Notes under the pieces: generated by a model
Seen by the model: the letters and a program-made list of their open reading frames with translations, nothing else
Database searches by the model: none
What the model was told of the DNA's origin: nothing
Made by a program: the position numbers and the translations under genes
Part shown: piece by piece, positions 38,201 to 50,140 of the stretch
Numbering within the stretch: position 1 is the stretch's first letter
Layout of the letters: each line of letters opens with the position of its first letter
Source of the DNA: Heterodontus francisci
Lineage: Eukaryota
Length of the DNA: 64,000 bases
NCBI RefSeq assembly: GCF_036365525.1
Contig: NC_090380.1
Span: 72,405,757 to 72,469,756, forward strand
Direction of reading: 5' to 3'

Positions 38201-40133
38201 GGAGCGGTTTAGAATTCAGCAAAGGAGGACCAAGGGTTTGATTAAGAAGGGGAAAATAGAGTACGAGAGTAAACATGCGGGGAACATAAAAACTGACTGT
38301 AAACTTTTCAATTGGTATGTGAAGAGAAAAAGATTGGTGAAGACAAATGTAAATCCCTTACAGTCAGAAACAGGGGAATTTATTATGGGGAACAAAGAAA
38401 TGGTTGACCAACTAAATGCATACTTTGGTTCTGTCTTCACAAAGGAGGACACAAATATCATACCAGAAATGTTGGGGAACACAGGGTTTAGTGAGAGGGA
38501 GGAACTGAAGGAAATCAGTATTAGTAGAGAAATGGTGTTGGGGAAATTGATGGGATTGAAGGCCGATAAATCTCCAGGGCCTGATAATCTACATCCCAGA
38601 GTACTTAAGGAAGTGGCCCTAGAAATAGTGGATGCATTGGTGGTCATCTTCCAAGATTCTATAGACTCTGGAACAGTTCCTACAGATTGGAGGGTAGCTA
38701 ATGTAACCCCAGTACTCAAAAAGGGAGGTAGAGAGAAAGCAGGGAATTATAGACCAGTCAGCCTGACGTCGGTAGTGGGTAAAATTCTAGAGTCCATTAT
38801 AGGTTTTATAGCAGAGCACTTGGAGAACAGTGGTAGAATCGGGCAGAGTCAGCATGGATTGATGAAAGGGAAATCATGCTGGACAAATATACTAGAATTC
38901 TTGGAGGATGTACTAATAGAGTTGATGAGGGGAAGCCAGTGGATGTGGTTTATTTGAACTTTCAGAAGGCTTTCGACAAAGTCCCACATAAGAGATTAGT
39001 GGGTAAATTAAAGCACATGGGATTGGGGGTAGTGTATTGCAATGGATAGAAAATTGGTTGGCAGACAGGAAAGAAAGAGTAGGAATAAACAGGTCTTCTT
39101 CCGAATGGCAGGCAGTGACTAGTGGGTACCGCTAGGACTCCAGCTATTCACAATATATATTAATGATTTAGATGAGGGAACTAAATGTAATATCTCCAAA
39201 TTTGCAGATGACACAAAGCTGGGTGGGAGGGTGAGTTGTGAGGAGGATGCAGAGAGCCTTCAGGGTGATTTGGACGAGTTAAGTGAGTGGGTAAATGCAT
39301 GGCAGATGCAGTAGAATGTGGATAAATGTGAGGCTATCCACTTTGGTAGCAAAAACAGAAAGGCAGATTATTATCTGAACGGCTATAAACTGGGAGAGGG
39401 GAATATGCAGCGAGACCTGGGTGTTCTCGTACACCAGTCGCTGAAGGTAAGCATGCAGGTGCAACAGGCGGTAAAAATGGCAAATGGTTTGTTGGCCTTC
39501 ATAGCCAGAGGATTCGAGTACAGGAGCAGGGATGTCTTGCTGCAATTATACAGGGCCTTGGTGAGGCCACACCTGGAGTATTGTGTGCAGTTTTGGTCTC
39601 TTTATCTGAGGAAGGATGTTCTTGCTAAATAGGGAGAGCAGCGAAGGTTTACCAGACTGATTCCTGGGATGGCGGGACTGACGTATGAGGAGAGATTGAG
39701 TCGGTTAGGATTATATTCGCTGGAGTTCAGAAGAGTGAGGGGGGATCTCATAGAAACCTATAAAATTCTAACAGGACTTGACAGGGTAGATGCAGGAAAG
39801 ATGTTCCCGATGGTGGGAGAGTCCAGAACCAGGGGTCATATTCTAAGGATACGAGGTAAACCTTTCAGGACTGAGATGAGGAGAAATTACTTCACCCAGA
39901 GAGTGGTGAACCTGTGGAATTTGCTACCACGGAAAGCAGTTGAGGCCAAAACATTGTATGTTTTCAAGAAGGAGTTAGATATAGCTCTTGGGTTTAAAGG
40001 GATCAAAGGATATGGGGTGAATGCGGGAACAGGTGACTGAGTTGGATGATCAGCCATGATTATAATGAATGGCGGAGCAGGCTCAAAGGGCCGAATGGCC
40101 TACTCCTGCTCCTATTTTCTATGTTTCTATGTT
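35225..40133 (+). mobile_element. Near full-length CR1 (HER1-like) LINE with ORF1 esterase domain and ORF2 endonuclease-RT, inactivated
   Basis: ORF1: LQNRY.AL, VIGDSIVRG, CLPGARVKDV, VYIGTNDV (SGNH/GDSL esterase). ORF2: LCLNAWSIRNK, ITEIWL, MGDIN, SDHNMIEF, KSPGPD, NYRPVSLTS, FADD. (TTCTATG)n-type tail; several stops and frameshifts. Confidence 0.93.
36487..37489 (+). mobile_element. LINE family B copy nested in the CR1 endonuclease domain
   Basis: The CR1 sequence resumes at 37490. The insert carries MFADD and the family B tail. Confidence 0.92.
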
Positions 40134-42182
40134 GACTCTTCAGCCAAGAAGCAATGCAACCTGACCTTCCTTCTAGGAATGTTGTCTTCCTAGTGCCATT
40201 AGCTGCTTCTCCTGCCCTTTCACATTCTTTGTGTCTCCCAGCACACTATCCTTTTTCTCACTTTAACTTCCTCGGCATAGACCTCTCTGAGCTTGGATCA
40301 GTTGGTTAAAACAGTGCGTGCTTTGAAGCGCTGCCAAGGCCATATGTGTTGGAACTCGTATGCTGTTTCTCAGCAACGTTAAGAGACAGAAAAGAAATAA
40401 TGAGGCATGAGGTTGGAATGGTTTCTTGATGAACAGTATTCCCTTGTGACCTGAGCCTCTCATGATATGGTTGCTGACAGTTATAGTGGGACACAATTGA
40501 ATGAGAAGGAAGAGAAGCAGATGTTTATCATAAACCTGCAGCAGTTACATCTCCTATTACTTCCCAGGTTTTGACACCCTTACGGGCTCGCTTATAAGGA
40601 ATTGCTGCACTTTTTGCTCACAAGATATTATAGGTTGTTTGTGAGGTTGCCACCTATTGCAGCTCTCTCTAGCATTATGGGCTCTCTTCATCTTGGAAAA
40701 AGAATGCAAAAGGTCTGAATTCTGTTTTATTCTTATAACATGCAGTAAAACACAGGTGTTGTAATTTGAAAATAAGTGCACACAACATGCCGTCCAAGGC
40801 TTTTGCAGGGTGTATGGATGTAAAGATTGAATGATAACACTTGTGGGTTATATTGGGGCTGTCACATACTGTTTAGCCCCATGGGCATTGATGTTAATTT
40901 ATGAAAGCACTTAATACAGTGAGATGGAGAAATCGTTGTAAATGATAGGCATGCTTATTATGATACATTCTTGGAAGGTATTGGTGGCTTCTCTTATTTG
41001 GCTGTTGTCTTAAGGTTATCAAACTTCTGGAAAGGCCTAGCTAAGCAGCAGGCTGTAGAGTTGACACTCATTGTCTTTATAATCTTCTATCATTGCCTCT
41101 GGGAAGCTATCCTGGGAACCTGCAGCACTCAGCGCCAAAGATTATTGCCTAACTTTGCCTTACTTTCTGTAACAGTATTTTCCCTGTTTGCCCTCCTGAA
41201 AATCTGGCAACCATTCTATAATGGCAGACCCTTAACTGAACAGACAAAGTAATGATGATCCCTACTCCTTTAAGCTGCAGTAAACCTTTAAATCCTACAT
41301 CAGCATGCTATTTCTTGCTCTGAAATGTGTGGACTCACACAAAAAGGTGTTTCTGATGCGAGACCTTTCCTGAAATTCTAGCAGGGTTGGCACTTATCTC
41401 TTTAGTCAGGTGGAATCTCACCCCACCCTACTTTCAGTTAGGCATAAGCCCAATTGGAAAATCCAGACTGGCATGTCTGTTACACGGAAATGTTTCACAG
41501 CTGTTAAATTCTATGCAATCAACCGTGCGTCGCCGAAATTTGGCAAGCCAGCTTGATTTGGATGTTCAGTTCATCTGCATTTTTCTTAAGCAAATTAAGT
41601 CAGCTGCACTGAAAGTTAAATGAAAAGACACCAAAATCAGCAATTTCTTGGGAAGGGAAAATTAGAAAAAGTTTCAGGATCGCAGCTGTGCACAACTTAA
41701 TATGTGTTTTTACTGCAATGCTGTACCAGGATTATCATTAGCAATTGAAGATGATGTCTAACTCTCTGTAGTACTTACACAATCTAATTTGTTAGGCAAT
41801 GTAAGATGCATTCTGTGATGTTATTTGTGGACGAAGGTGTTTGTATTGTGTATATATGTATTAAAGAATTTGTGATCATAATTTGCAATATCAGGTAATT
41901 TGTTCTTTTTAATTCACTGAACTGTTTTGTTTAATAAAAGGTTTTGTAGCATTCCTGAAAAAAAAAACAAATAAATGGAAGTAACAAATATTTGTCAGAA
42001 TCTAAAATTGACCTTTTCATTTTATGCAACTAAATAACTGTCATTTCAAATACCTTCATGCAAACATCATTTGCTTCACTTCCTTGTCATCTAATTATAC
42101 ACAGTATTTACGACAGATTTTGTCCTGAGTAGAATAACAGCTCCAATTAACTCTGTGACGGTAGTGTTTTTATTAGGATGGG

Positions 42183-45156
42183 ACAGCATGGAGTGGGCTT
42201 CGCCATCAGAAACTCTTTGCTCAGCTTGATAGAGCCACCTTCAAATGGCTCAGAACGCATACTGTCCATCCGACTGTTCACTGCCTCTGGTCCAGTACAC
42301 CTACTCAGCATCTATGCTCCAACACTCTGCTCCCCACCTGAAGCTAAAGACCAGTTCTACGATGAACTCCATAATATCATTAGTAGCATCCCCAATACCG
42401 AACATCTGTTCCTGCTGGGGGACTTTAATGCCAGGGTTGGGGCCAACCATGACTCATGGCCTTCCTGCCTTGGGCGCTATGGCATTGGAAGGATGAATGA
42501 GAATGGACAGAGACTGCTTGAGTTGTGTAGCTATCATAACCTCTGCATCACCAACTCGTTCTTTCACACTAAACCCTGTCACCAGGTTTCTTGGAGGCAC
42601 CCAAGATCACGTCGTTGGCACCAGCTGGACCTCATCGTCACAAGGCGAACCTCTTTAAACAGCGTTCAAACCACACGCAGCTTCCACAATGTGGACTGCG
42701 ACACCGACCACTCCCTGGTGTGCAGCAAGGTTAGACTCAAACCAAAGAAGATGCATCACTCCAAGCAGAAGGGCCACCCGAGCATCAACACGAGCAGAAT
42801 TTCTTATTCACAGTTGTTACAAAAATTTCTAAATTCACTTGAAAAAGCCCTTCAAAACACTCCCACAGGGGATGCAGAGACCAAGTGGGCCCACATCAGA
42901 GACGCCATCTATGAGTCAGCTATGACCACCTATGGCAAATGCGTGAAGCGGAATGCAGACTGGTTTCAATCTCACTTTGAAGAGCTGGAACCTTTCTTAG
43001 CCGCTAAGCACATTGCACTACTGAATTACAAGAAAGCCCCCAGTGAGTTAACATCCGTAGCACTTAAAACAGCCAGAAGCGCTGCACAAAGAACAGCCAG
43101 GCGCTGCGCAAATGACTACTGGCAACACCAATGCAGTCACATTCAGCTGGCCTTTGACACCGGAAACATCAGAGGAATGTATGATGGCATTAAGAGAGCT
43201 TTTGGGCCAACCATCAAGAAGATCGCCCCCCTCAAATCTAAATCAGGGGACACAATCACTAACCAATGTAAGCAAATGGACCGCTGGGTTGAGCACTACT
43301 TAGAACTGTACTCCAGGGAGAATGTTGTCACTGAGACCACCCTCAATGCAGCCCAGCCTCTACCAGTCATGGATGAGCTGGACGTACAGCCAACAAAATT
43401 GGAACTCGTGATGCCATTGATTCTCTAGCCAGCGGAAAAGCCCCTGGGAAGGATGGCATTACCCCTGAAATAATTAAGACTGCTAAGCCTGCTATACTCT
43501 CAGCACTCTACGAAATACTTTGCCTGTGCTGGAATGAGGGAGCAGTACCACAGGACATGTGCGATGCAATATCATCACCCTCGATAAAAACAAAGGTGAC
43601 CGCGGTGACTGCAACAACTACCGTGGAATCTCCCTGCTCAGCATAGTGGGGAAAGTCTTCACTCGAGTCACTTTAAACAGGCTCCAGAAGCTGGCCAAGC
43701 GTGTCTACCCTGAGGCACAGTGTGGCTTTCGAGCAGAGAGATCCACCATTGACATGCAGTTCTCCCTTCATCAGCTACAGGAGAAATGCCGTGAACAACA
43801 GATGCCCTTCTACATTGCTTTCATTGATCTCACCAAAGCCTTTGACCTCGTCAGCAGACGTGGTCTCTTCAGATTACTAGAAAAGATTGGATGTCACCTC
43901 ATTATCATCACCTCATTCCATGACAATATGAAAGGCACAATTCAGCTTAGCGGCGCCTCATCAGACTCCTTTCCTATCCTGAGTGGCGTGAAACAGGGCT
44001 GTGTTCTCACACCTACTCTGTTTGGGATTTTCTTCTCCCTGCAGCTCTCACATGCGTTCAAGTCATCAGAAGAAGGAATTTTCCTCCACGCAAGATCAGG
44101 TGGCAGGTTGTTCAACCTTGCCCGTCTAAGAGCGAAGACCAAAGTACGGAAAGTCCTCATCAGGGAACTTCTCTTTGCTGACGATGCTGCATTAACATCT
44201 CACACTGAAGAGTGTCTGCAGAATCTCATCGACAGGTTTGCGGCTGCCTGCAACGAAATTGGCCTAACCATCAGCCTCAAGAAAACGAACATCATGGGAC
44301 AGGACGTCAGAAATGCTCCATCCATCAATATCGGCAACCACGCTCTGGAAGTGGTTCAAGAGTTCACCTACCAAGGCTCAACTATCACCAGTAACCTGTC
44401 TCTCGATGCAGAAATCAACAAGCGCATGGGAAAGTCTTCCACTGCTATGTCCAGACTGGCCAAGAGAGTGTGGGAAAAAGACGCACTGACACGGAACACA
44501 AAAGTCCGCGTGTATCAAGCCTGTGTCCTCACTACCTTGCTCTACAGCAGCGAGGGCTGGACAACGTATGTCAGCCAAGAGCGATATCTCAATTCATTCC
44601 ATCTTCGCTGCCTCCGGAGAATCCTTGGCATCAGGTGGCAGGACTGTATCTCCAACACAGAAGTCCTCGAGGCGGCAAACATCCCCAGCTTATACACCCT
44701 ACTGAGTCAGCGGTGCTTGAGATAGCTTGGCCATGTGAGCCACATGGAAGATGGCAGGATCCCCAAGGACACATTGTACAGCGAGCTCGCCACTGGTATC
44801 AGACCCACCGGCCGTCCATGTCTCTGCTTTAAAGACGTCTGCAAATGCGACATGAAGTCCTGTGACATTGATCACAAGTCGTGGGAGTCAGTTGCCAGCG
44901 ATCGCCAGAGCTGGTGGGCAGCCATAAAGGCGGGGCTAAAGTGTGGCGAGTCGAAGAGACTTCGCAGTTGGCAGGAAAAAAGACAGAGGCGCAAGGGGAG
45001 AGCCATCTGTGAAACAGCCCTTTTCAACCAATTTTATCTGCAGCACCTGTGGAAGAGTCTGTCACTCTTTATAGCCACTCCAGGCGTTGCTCCACAAACC
45101 ACTGACCACCTCCAGGCGCTTACCCATTGTCTCCCGAGACAAGGAGGCCAAAGAAG
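42183..45156 (+). mobile_element. Long RTE LINE (endonuclease + RT), slightly 5'-truncated, with frameshifts and a stop
   Basis: ORFs 42178-43428 (HGVGFAI, YAPT, LGDFNARVG, DTDH) and 43559-44725 (NYRGISLL, FIDLTKAFD, GVKQG, LFADD). Flanked by a ~77-bp direct repeat. Confidence 0.95.
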
Positions 45157-45512
45157 ATTTACTTCAGATTTTGTCCTGAGTAGAATAACAGCTCCAATAA
45201 CTCTGTGACGGTAGTGTTTTTATTCGGATGGGTCCTTGAGACAAATTCTACCTATTCTTGCCATGGCTCATGTTGTCACTCCAGAGGGCCCCCAAAGCAG
45301 CAGAAGAGAGATATAGTGAAGCTTACATGAGTACAAGAATTCCCATTGAGCAAATATAGGAATGCTCAAAGAAAAGTTCAGAAGCCTATCGAGTTAATAG
45401 AAGTCCCTTCATTATGCTCCTCACGTGGTATCACAGATTTTGATAGCCTGTTGTGTCTTGCGACTGTTACAGCCACATGGTGAGTGGTTTGGGTGGTTCC
45501 CAATGTTCACCT

Positions 45513-45769
45513 TAGAGGTGTGCAAAGGAAAACTGACACGAGCCTGAATTCTGGACCCGGAGGTCCGACCCGACCCGAACCCGACACGTCATCGGGACCC
45601 GTTGGGGTCGGGTCGGGTGGCAGGCCTTTACATCAGTACGTGGGTAAAGGCCTGCTACCCGACCTGACCCCTGACGGGATCCGACGGCATGTGTCGGGTT
45701 TGGGTCGGTCGGGTCGGGCTTCCGGGTCCCGCATTCGGACTTGGGTCGGGTTTCCTTTGCACACCTCTA
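45513..45769. mobile_element. hAT-type fold-back MITE (257 bp)
   Basis: 19-bp TIR TAGAGGTGTGCAAAGGAAA; perfect 8-bp TSD GTTCACCT (45505-45512, 45770-45777); internal inverted symmetry. Confidence 0.92.
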
Positions 45770-45786
45770 GTTCACCTCCCTCATCG

Positions 45787-48483
45787 GAACATAGGAGCAG
45801 GAGTAGACCACTCAGCCCATTGAGCCTGCTCCGCCATTCAATTAGATCATGGCCGATCATCTACCTCAACACGCTATCCCCATATCCCTGACTGCAGTAG
45901 CAGGAGTAGGCCATTCAGCCCTTCGGGCCTGCCTCGCCATTCAAAAAAGATCATGGTTGATCATCTAATTCAGTACCCTGTTCCTGCTTTCTCTCCATAT
46001 CCCTTGGTCCCTTTGGCATTCAGAAATATATTTATTTCCTTCTTGAATATATTTAATGACTTGGCCTCCACTGCCTTCTGCGGTAGAGAATTCCACAGGT
46101 TCACCACCCTGAGTGAAGAAATTTCTCCTCATCTCGGTTCTAAATGGCTTACCCCGTATCCTGAGACTGTGACCCAGGTTCTGGACACCCCAGCCATCAA
46201 GAACATCCTCCCTGCATCTAGCCTGTCTAGTCCTATTAGAATTTTATAGGTTTCTATGAGATCCCCTCTCATTCTTCTAAACTCTAGTGAATAAAGGCCT
46301 AGTCAACCCAATCTCTCCTCATACGTCAAGCCTGCCACCCCAGGAATCAGCCTAGTAAATGTTCTTTGCACTCCCTCCATGGCAAGAACATCCTTCCTCA
46401 GATAAGGAGAGCAAAACTGCACACAATACTCCAGATGTGGTCTCACCAAGGCCCTGTATAACTGCAGTAAGACATCCTTGCTCCTGTACTCAAATCCTCT
46501 TGCAATGAAGGCCAACATACCATTCGCCTTCCTAACTGCTTGCTGCACCTGAATGCTTGCTTTCAGCGACTGGTGTACAAGGACACCCAGGTCTCGTTGC
46601 ACCTCCCCCTTTCCCAATCTATCACCATTCAGATAATAATCTGCTTTTCTGTTTTTACAACCAAAGTGGATAACCTTACATTGATCCACGTTATACTGCA
46701 TCTGTAATGCATTTGCCCACTCACCCAACTTGTCCAAATCGTAATGGAGCCTCTTGCATCCTCCCAACAGCTCACATTCCACCACCACCACCCACTCCCA
46801 CCCCCCCCCCCCCCCCCCAGCTTTGTGTCGTCTGCAAACTTGGAAATGTTACATTTAGTTCCCTCACCCAAGTCATTAATATATATTGTGAATAGCTGGG
46901 GCCCAAGCACTGATCCCTGCCCAAGCACTGATACCCCCCTAGTCACTGCCTGCCACCCAGAAAAAGACCCGTTTATTTCTACTCTCTGGTTCCTGTCTGT
47001 CAACCAATTCTCAATCCATGCCACTATATTACCCCCAATCCCATGTGCTTTAATTTTGCCCACTAACCTCTTATGTGGGACCTTATCAAAAGCCTTCTGA
47101 AAATCCAAATACACCATATCCACTGGTTCTCCCTTATCTATTCTACTAGTTACATCCTCAAAAATCTCCAATAGATTTGTTAAGCATGACTTCCCTTTCG
47201 TAAACCCATGCTGACTTTATCCAATCCCGTTTATGCTTTCCAGATGTTCTGCTATCACATCCTTTATAATAGACTCTAGCATTTTTCCCACTACTGATGT
47301 AAGGCTAACTGATCCGTAATTCAGTTTTTCTCCCTCCTGTTTTAAATTGTGGGGTTACATTTGACACCCTCCAATCTGTAGAAACTCTCCAGAGTCAGTA
47401 GAATTTTGAAAGATGACCACCAATGCATCCGCTATTTCCAGGGCCACTTCCTTTATTACTCTGGGGTGTAGATTATCAGGCCCTGGGGATTTATCAGCCT
47501 TTAACCCCATTAATTTCCCGAGCACTTTTTTTTACTAATACTGATTTCCTTCAGTTCCTCCCTCTCATTGGACCCTTGGTTCCCTAACATTTTTTTAGAT
47601 TAGATTAGAGATTAGAGATACAGCACTGAAACAGGCCCTTCAGCCCACCGAGTCTGTGCCGAACATCAACCACCCATTTATACTAATCCTACACTAATCC
47701 CATATTCCCCACAAACATCCCCACCTGTCCCTATATTTCCCTACCACCTACCTATACTGGTGACAATTTATAATGGCCAATTTACCTGTCAACCTGCAAG
47801 TCTTTTGGCTTGTGGGAGGAAACCGGAGCACCCGGAGAAAACCCACGCAGACACAGGGAGAACTTGCAAACTCCACACAGGCAGTACCCAGAATCGAACC
47901 CGGGTCCCTGGAGCTGTGAGGCTGCGGTGCTAACCACTGCGCCACTGTGCCGCCCTAACGTGTATTTCTGGAAGGTTATTTGTGTCCTCCTTTGTGAAAA
48001 CAGAACCAAAGTATCTGTTTAATTGTTCTGCCATTTATTTGTTCCCCATTATAATTTCCCCTGTTTCTGACTGTAAGGGACCTACATTTGTCTTCACTAA
48101 TTTTTTTTCTTCACATATTTATAGAAGTTTTTACAGTCAGTTTTTATTTCCCCGCAAGTTTACTCTCATACTCTATTATCCCTTGCTTAATCAACCTCTT
48201 TATCCTCCTTTGCTGGATTCTAAACTGCTCCCAATCCTCAGACTTGCTGCCTTTTCTGGCAATTTTATTGGTTGAGCTACCTTTCCGGTTTTATTTTTGC
48301 ACCAGAGAGGAATGAATAATTGTTGTAATTCATGCACATGTTCTTTAAATAGTATCCATTGCCTATCCACCGTCAACCCTTTTAGTAAAGTTCCCCAATC
48401 TACCATAGCCAACTCGCGCCTCATACCGTCGTAGTTTCCTTTCTTTAGATTCATGACCCTAGTTTCTGATTCAACTACTTCAC
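45787..48483 (-). mobile_element. 5'-truncated CR1 LINE (ORF2) with an extra 3'-tail fragment at 45787-45890
   Basis: [44 protein letters not shown]; closely related to 37490-40133. Confidence 0.92.
47596..47956 (-). mobile_element. HE1/V-SINE-like SINE nested in CR1
   Basis: Near-identical reverse complement of 32618-32962, but with a (TAATC)n tail. Confidence 0.9.
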
Positions 48484-48495
48484 CAAGTTTTTTTT

Positions 48496-49326
48496 TGTTA
48501 TTAGGGTTTAACCCTTCTGTGTATTATTTATCAAATAAACAGACAGTGACAGGTTTTCTTGTCGGTTTAAAAACAGAAAATCAATTATTTATTGATCAAT
48601 ACAACTTATCCCGAAATTGTCGCAACTGCATCCACTCACGCACTCACTCTCGTGCATGCGCGCACACACATACATACACACACAAGAGGAGACAGAGAGG
48701 ACAAGGGATAAGTAGATTTAAGTGGGGTAGGTTTCAGGGGTTCATGGTAAACCTGTTCAATTCTCTCAGAAGTCAAGTTCTCGTTGGTTGCAGGCCTGAG
48801 GTGTTTGTAGATTTCTCTCTTGGTTGAAAATTCAGTTGAAGACAGTGGATAACTCTAATTCACTGTGTAAGTAAAAACATAGAATTCTACAGCAGGGTTT
48901 TTCCATTCTGGCTTGCTGGATTACTCCCAACCTTGTTAGCTGGAAATAAGCTTCCTGAATGCTTTTTTCTTGGTCTCTCGTTCTCTAGGGCTGCCTTTTA
49001 AAGTAAAAGTTTGTTACGTCTCGCCTCTGCTGGGCCACAGGGATCACCCTCCCTGTGGTGACCCACAATTGCCCAAGATGTGGCTACTTCACACCTTTTT
49101 TTGTTGCAGAAGAACCCATTCAATTCAGGAATGTTTTAGGATGGGTGCAATTGACACCTCTATTTTAAAGGTATTCTTTGTTCTAAACAGACTGTGTGGC
49201 AATATTCGAATACGCATGAGACTATCTTTTGAAGCATTGTCCATTTTCCTGAAAAGACAAAGTCAATTTTTATAATTCTTCAATTTTAGTCTTTTTTTAA
49301 ATGTCGCACTTCTCTTAAGCATGACA
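48496..49326 (-). mobile_element. Probable solo LTR (831 bp)
   Basis: Minus-strand ends TGTCATG...TAATAACA (TG..CA); AATAAA about 95 nt before the 3' end. No TSD found. Confidence 0.55.
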
Positions 49327-49330
49327 CAAT

Positions 49331-50140
49331 GGGTTGAATTTTATAATGCCGATTTCAGCGGTGGGCGATTGAAAATGGCGGCCTGACTGCGTGGGCCACT
49401 CAGCAAAGAGCCGACGCGGTTCCAAGTGCAGTGGCTCATTTAAATAGCCAGGGCGGGTCACCTGTCTGCCTCACTCCCTCGATCACGTGGAGGGGGTGGG
49501 CTGTCCATCTCCAGTAATGCATCAGCTGTTAGTGCGCAGGCGCTGACATCATTCTTAAAGGGCTTTTAGCCCTTCCAGCATATTTAAATATTTCAAGAAA
49601 GATTTGATGAAATTAAATAAACACATTCTCTCTCATACCCCAAGAACAATTAAATTAATTATTTGCCCTTCCCCCCCCAAACACTTACCTTTACCGCCTG
49701 ACTGTCCCCCCCCACCAAACTTGCACAAACTTTAAACTACAACCCTTCCCACCATCCCCTACACATATGATGTTAATTTGACCACCCCCTCCCTCACTGA
49801 TAAACTTACCTCCTACCCCCTCCGAACGGTGTTGTCCCTTGTTTCCCTGGATGGGGATCCGAAGGCGCGGGAGTGCCGGCCGCCGGGCTGAAGATCGCAG
49901 CAGGACATCAAGACTAATGATAGGCACATGCAAATCTATTAATATACTTTATTTGCATATGGTGATTGTGCTCCCATCGCCAAGCACCAGGGGGGCTGCC
50001 ACGGTGACCCGCTGCCCCTGGAAGGATCGGGCTGGACACTGCCGGAGTCTAGGTCCGTGGTGGGCCTCCTCCGGGGCTATCTTCAGGATCCCCCCCAACG
50101 CCACAGATCCCAACATCAAGGGCTCCTTAAAATCCAGCCC
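49331..50140. mobile_element. Non-autonomous PIF/Harbinger-like element, family C
   Basis: TIR GGGTTGAATTTTA / TAAAATCCAGCCC; flanks AAT and AAC; CpG-rich interior. Confidence 0.7.

Noticed and set aside
46780-46935. Poly-Gly insertion and short duplication in the CR1 RT as functional novelty
   Set aside because: Slippage events in a dead copy that has frameshifts and stops.
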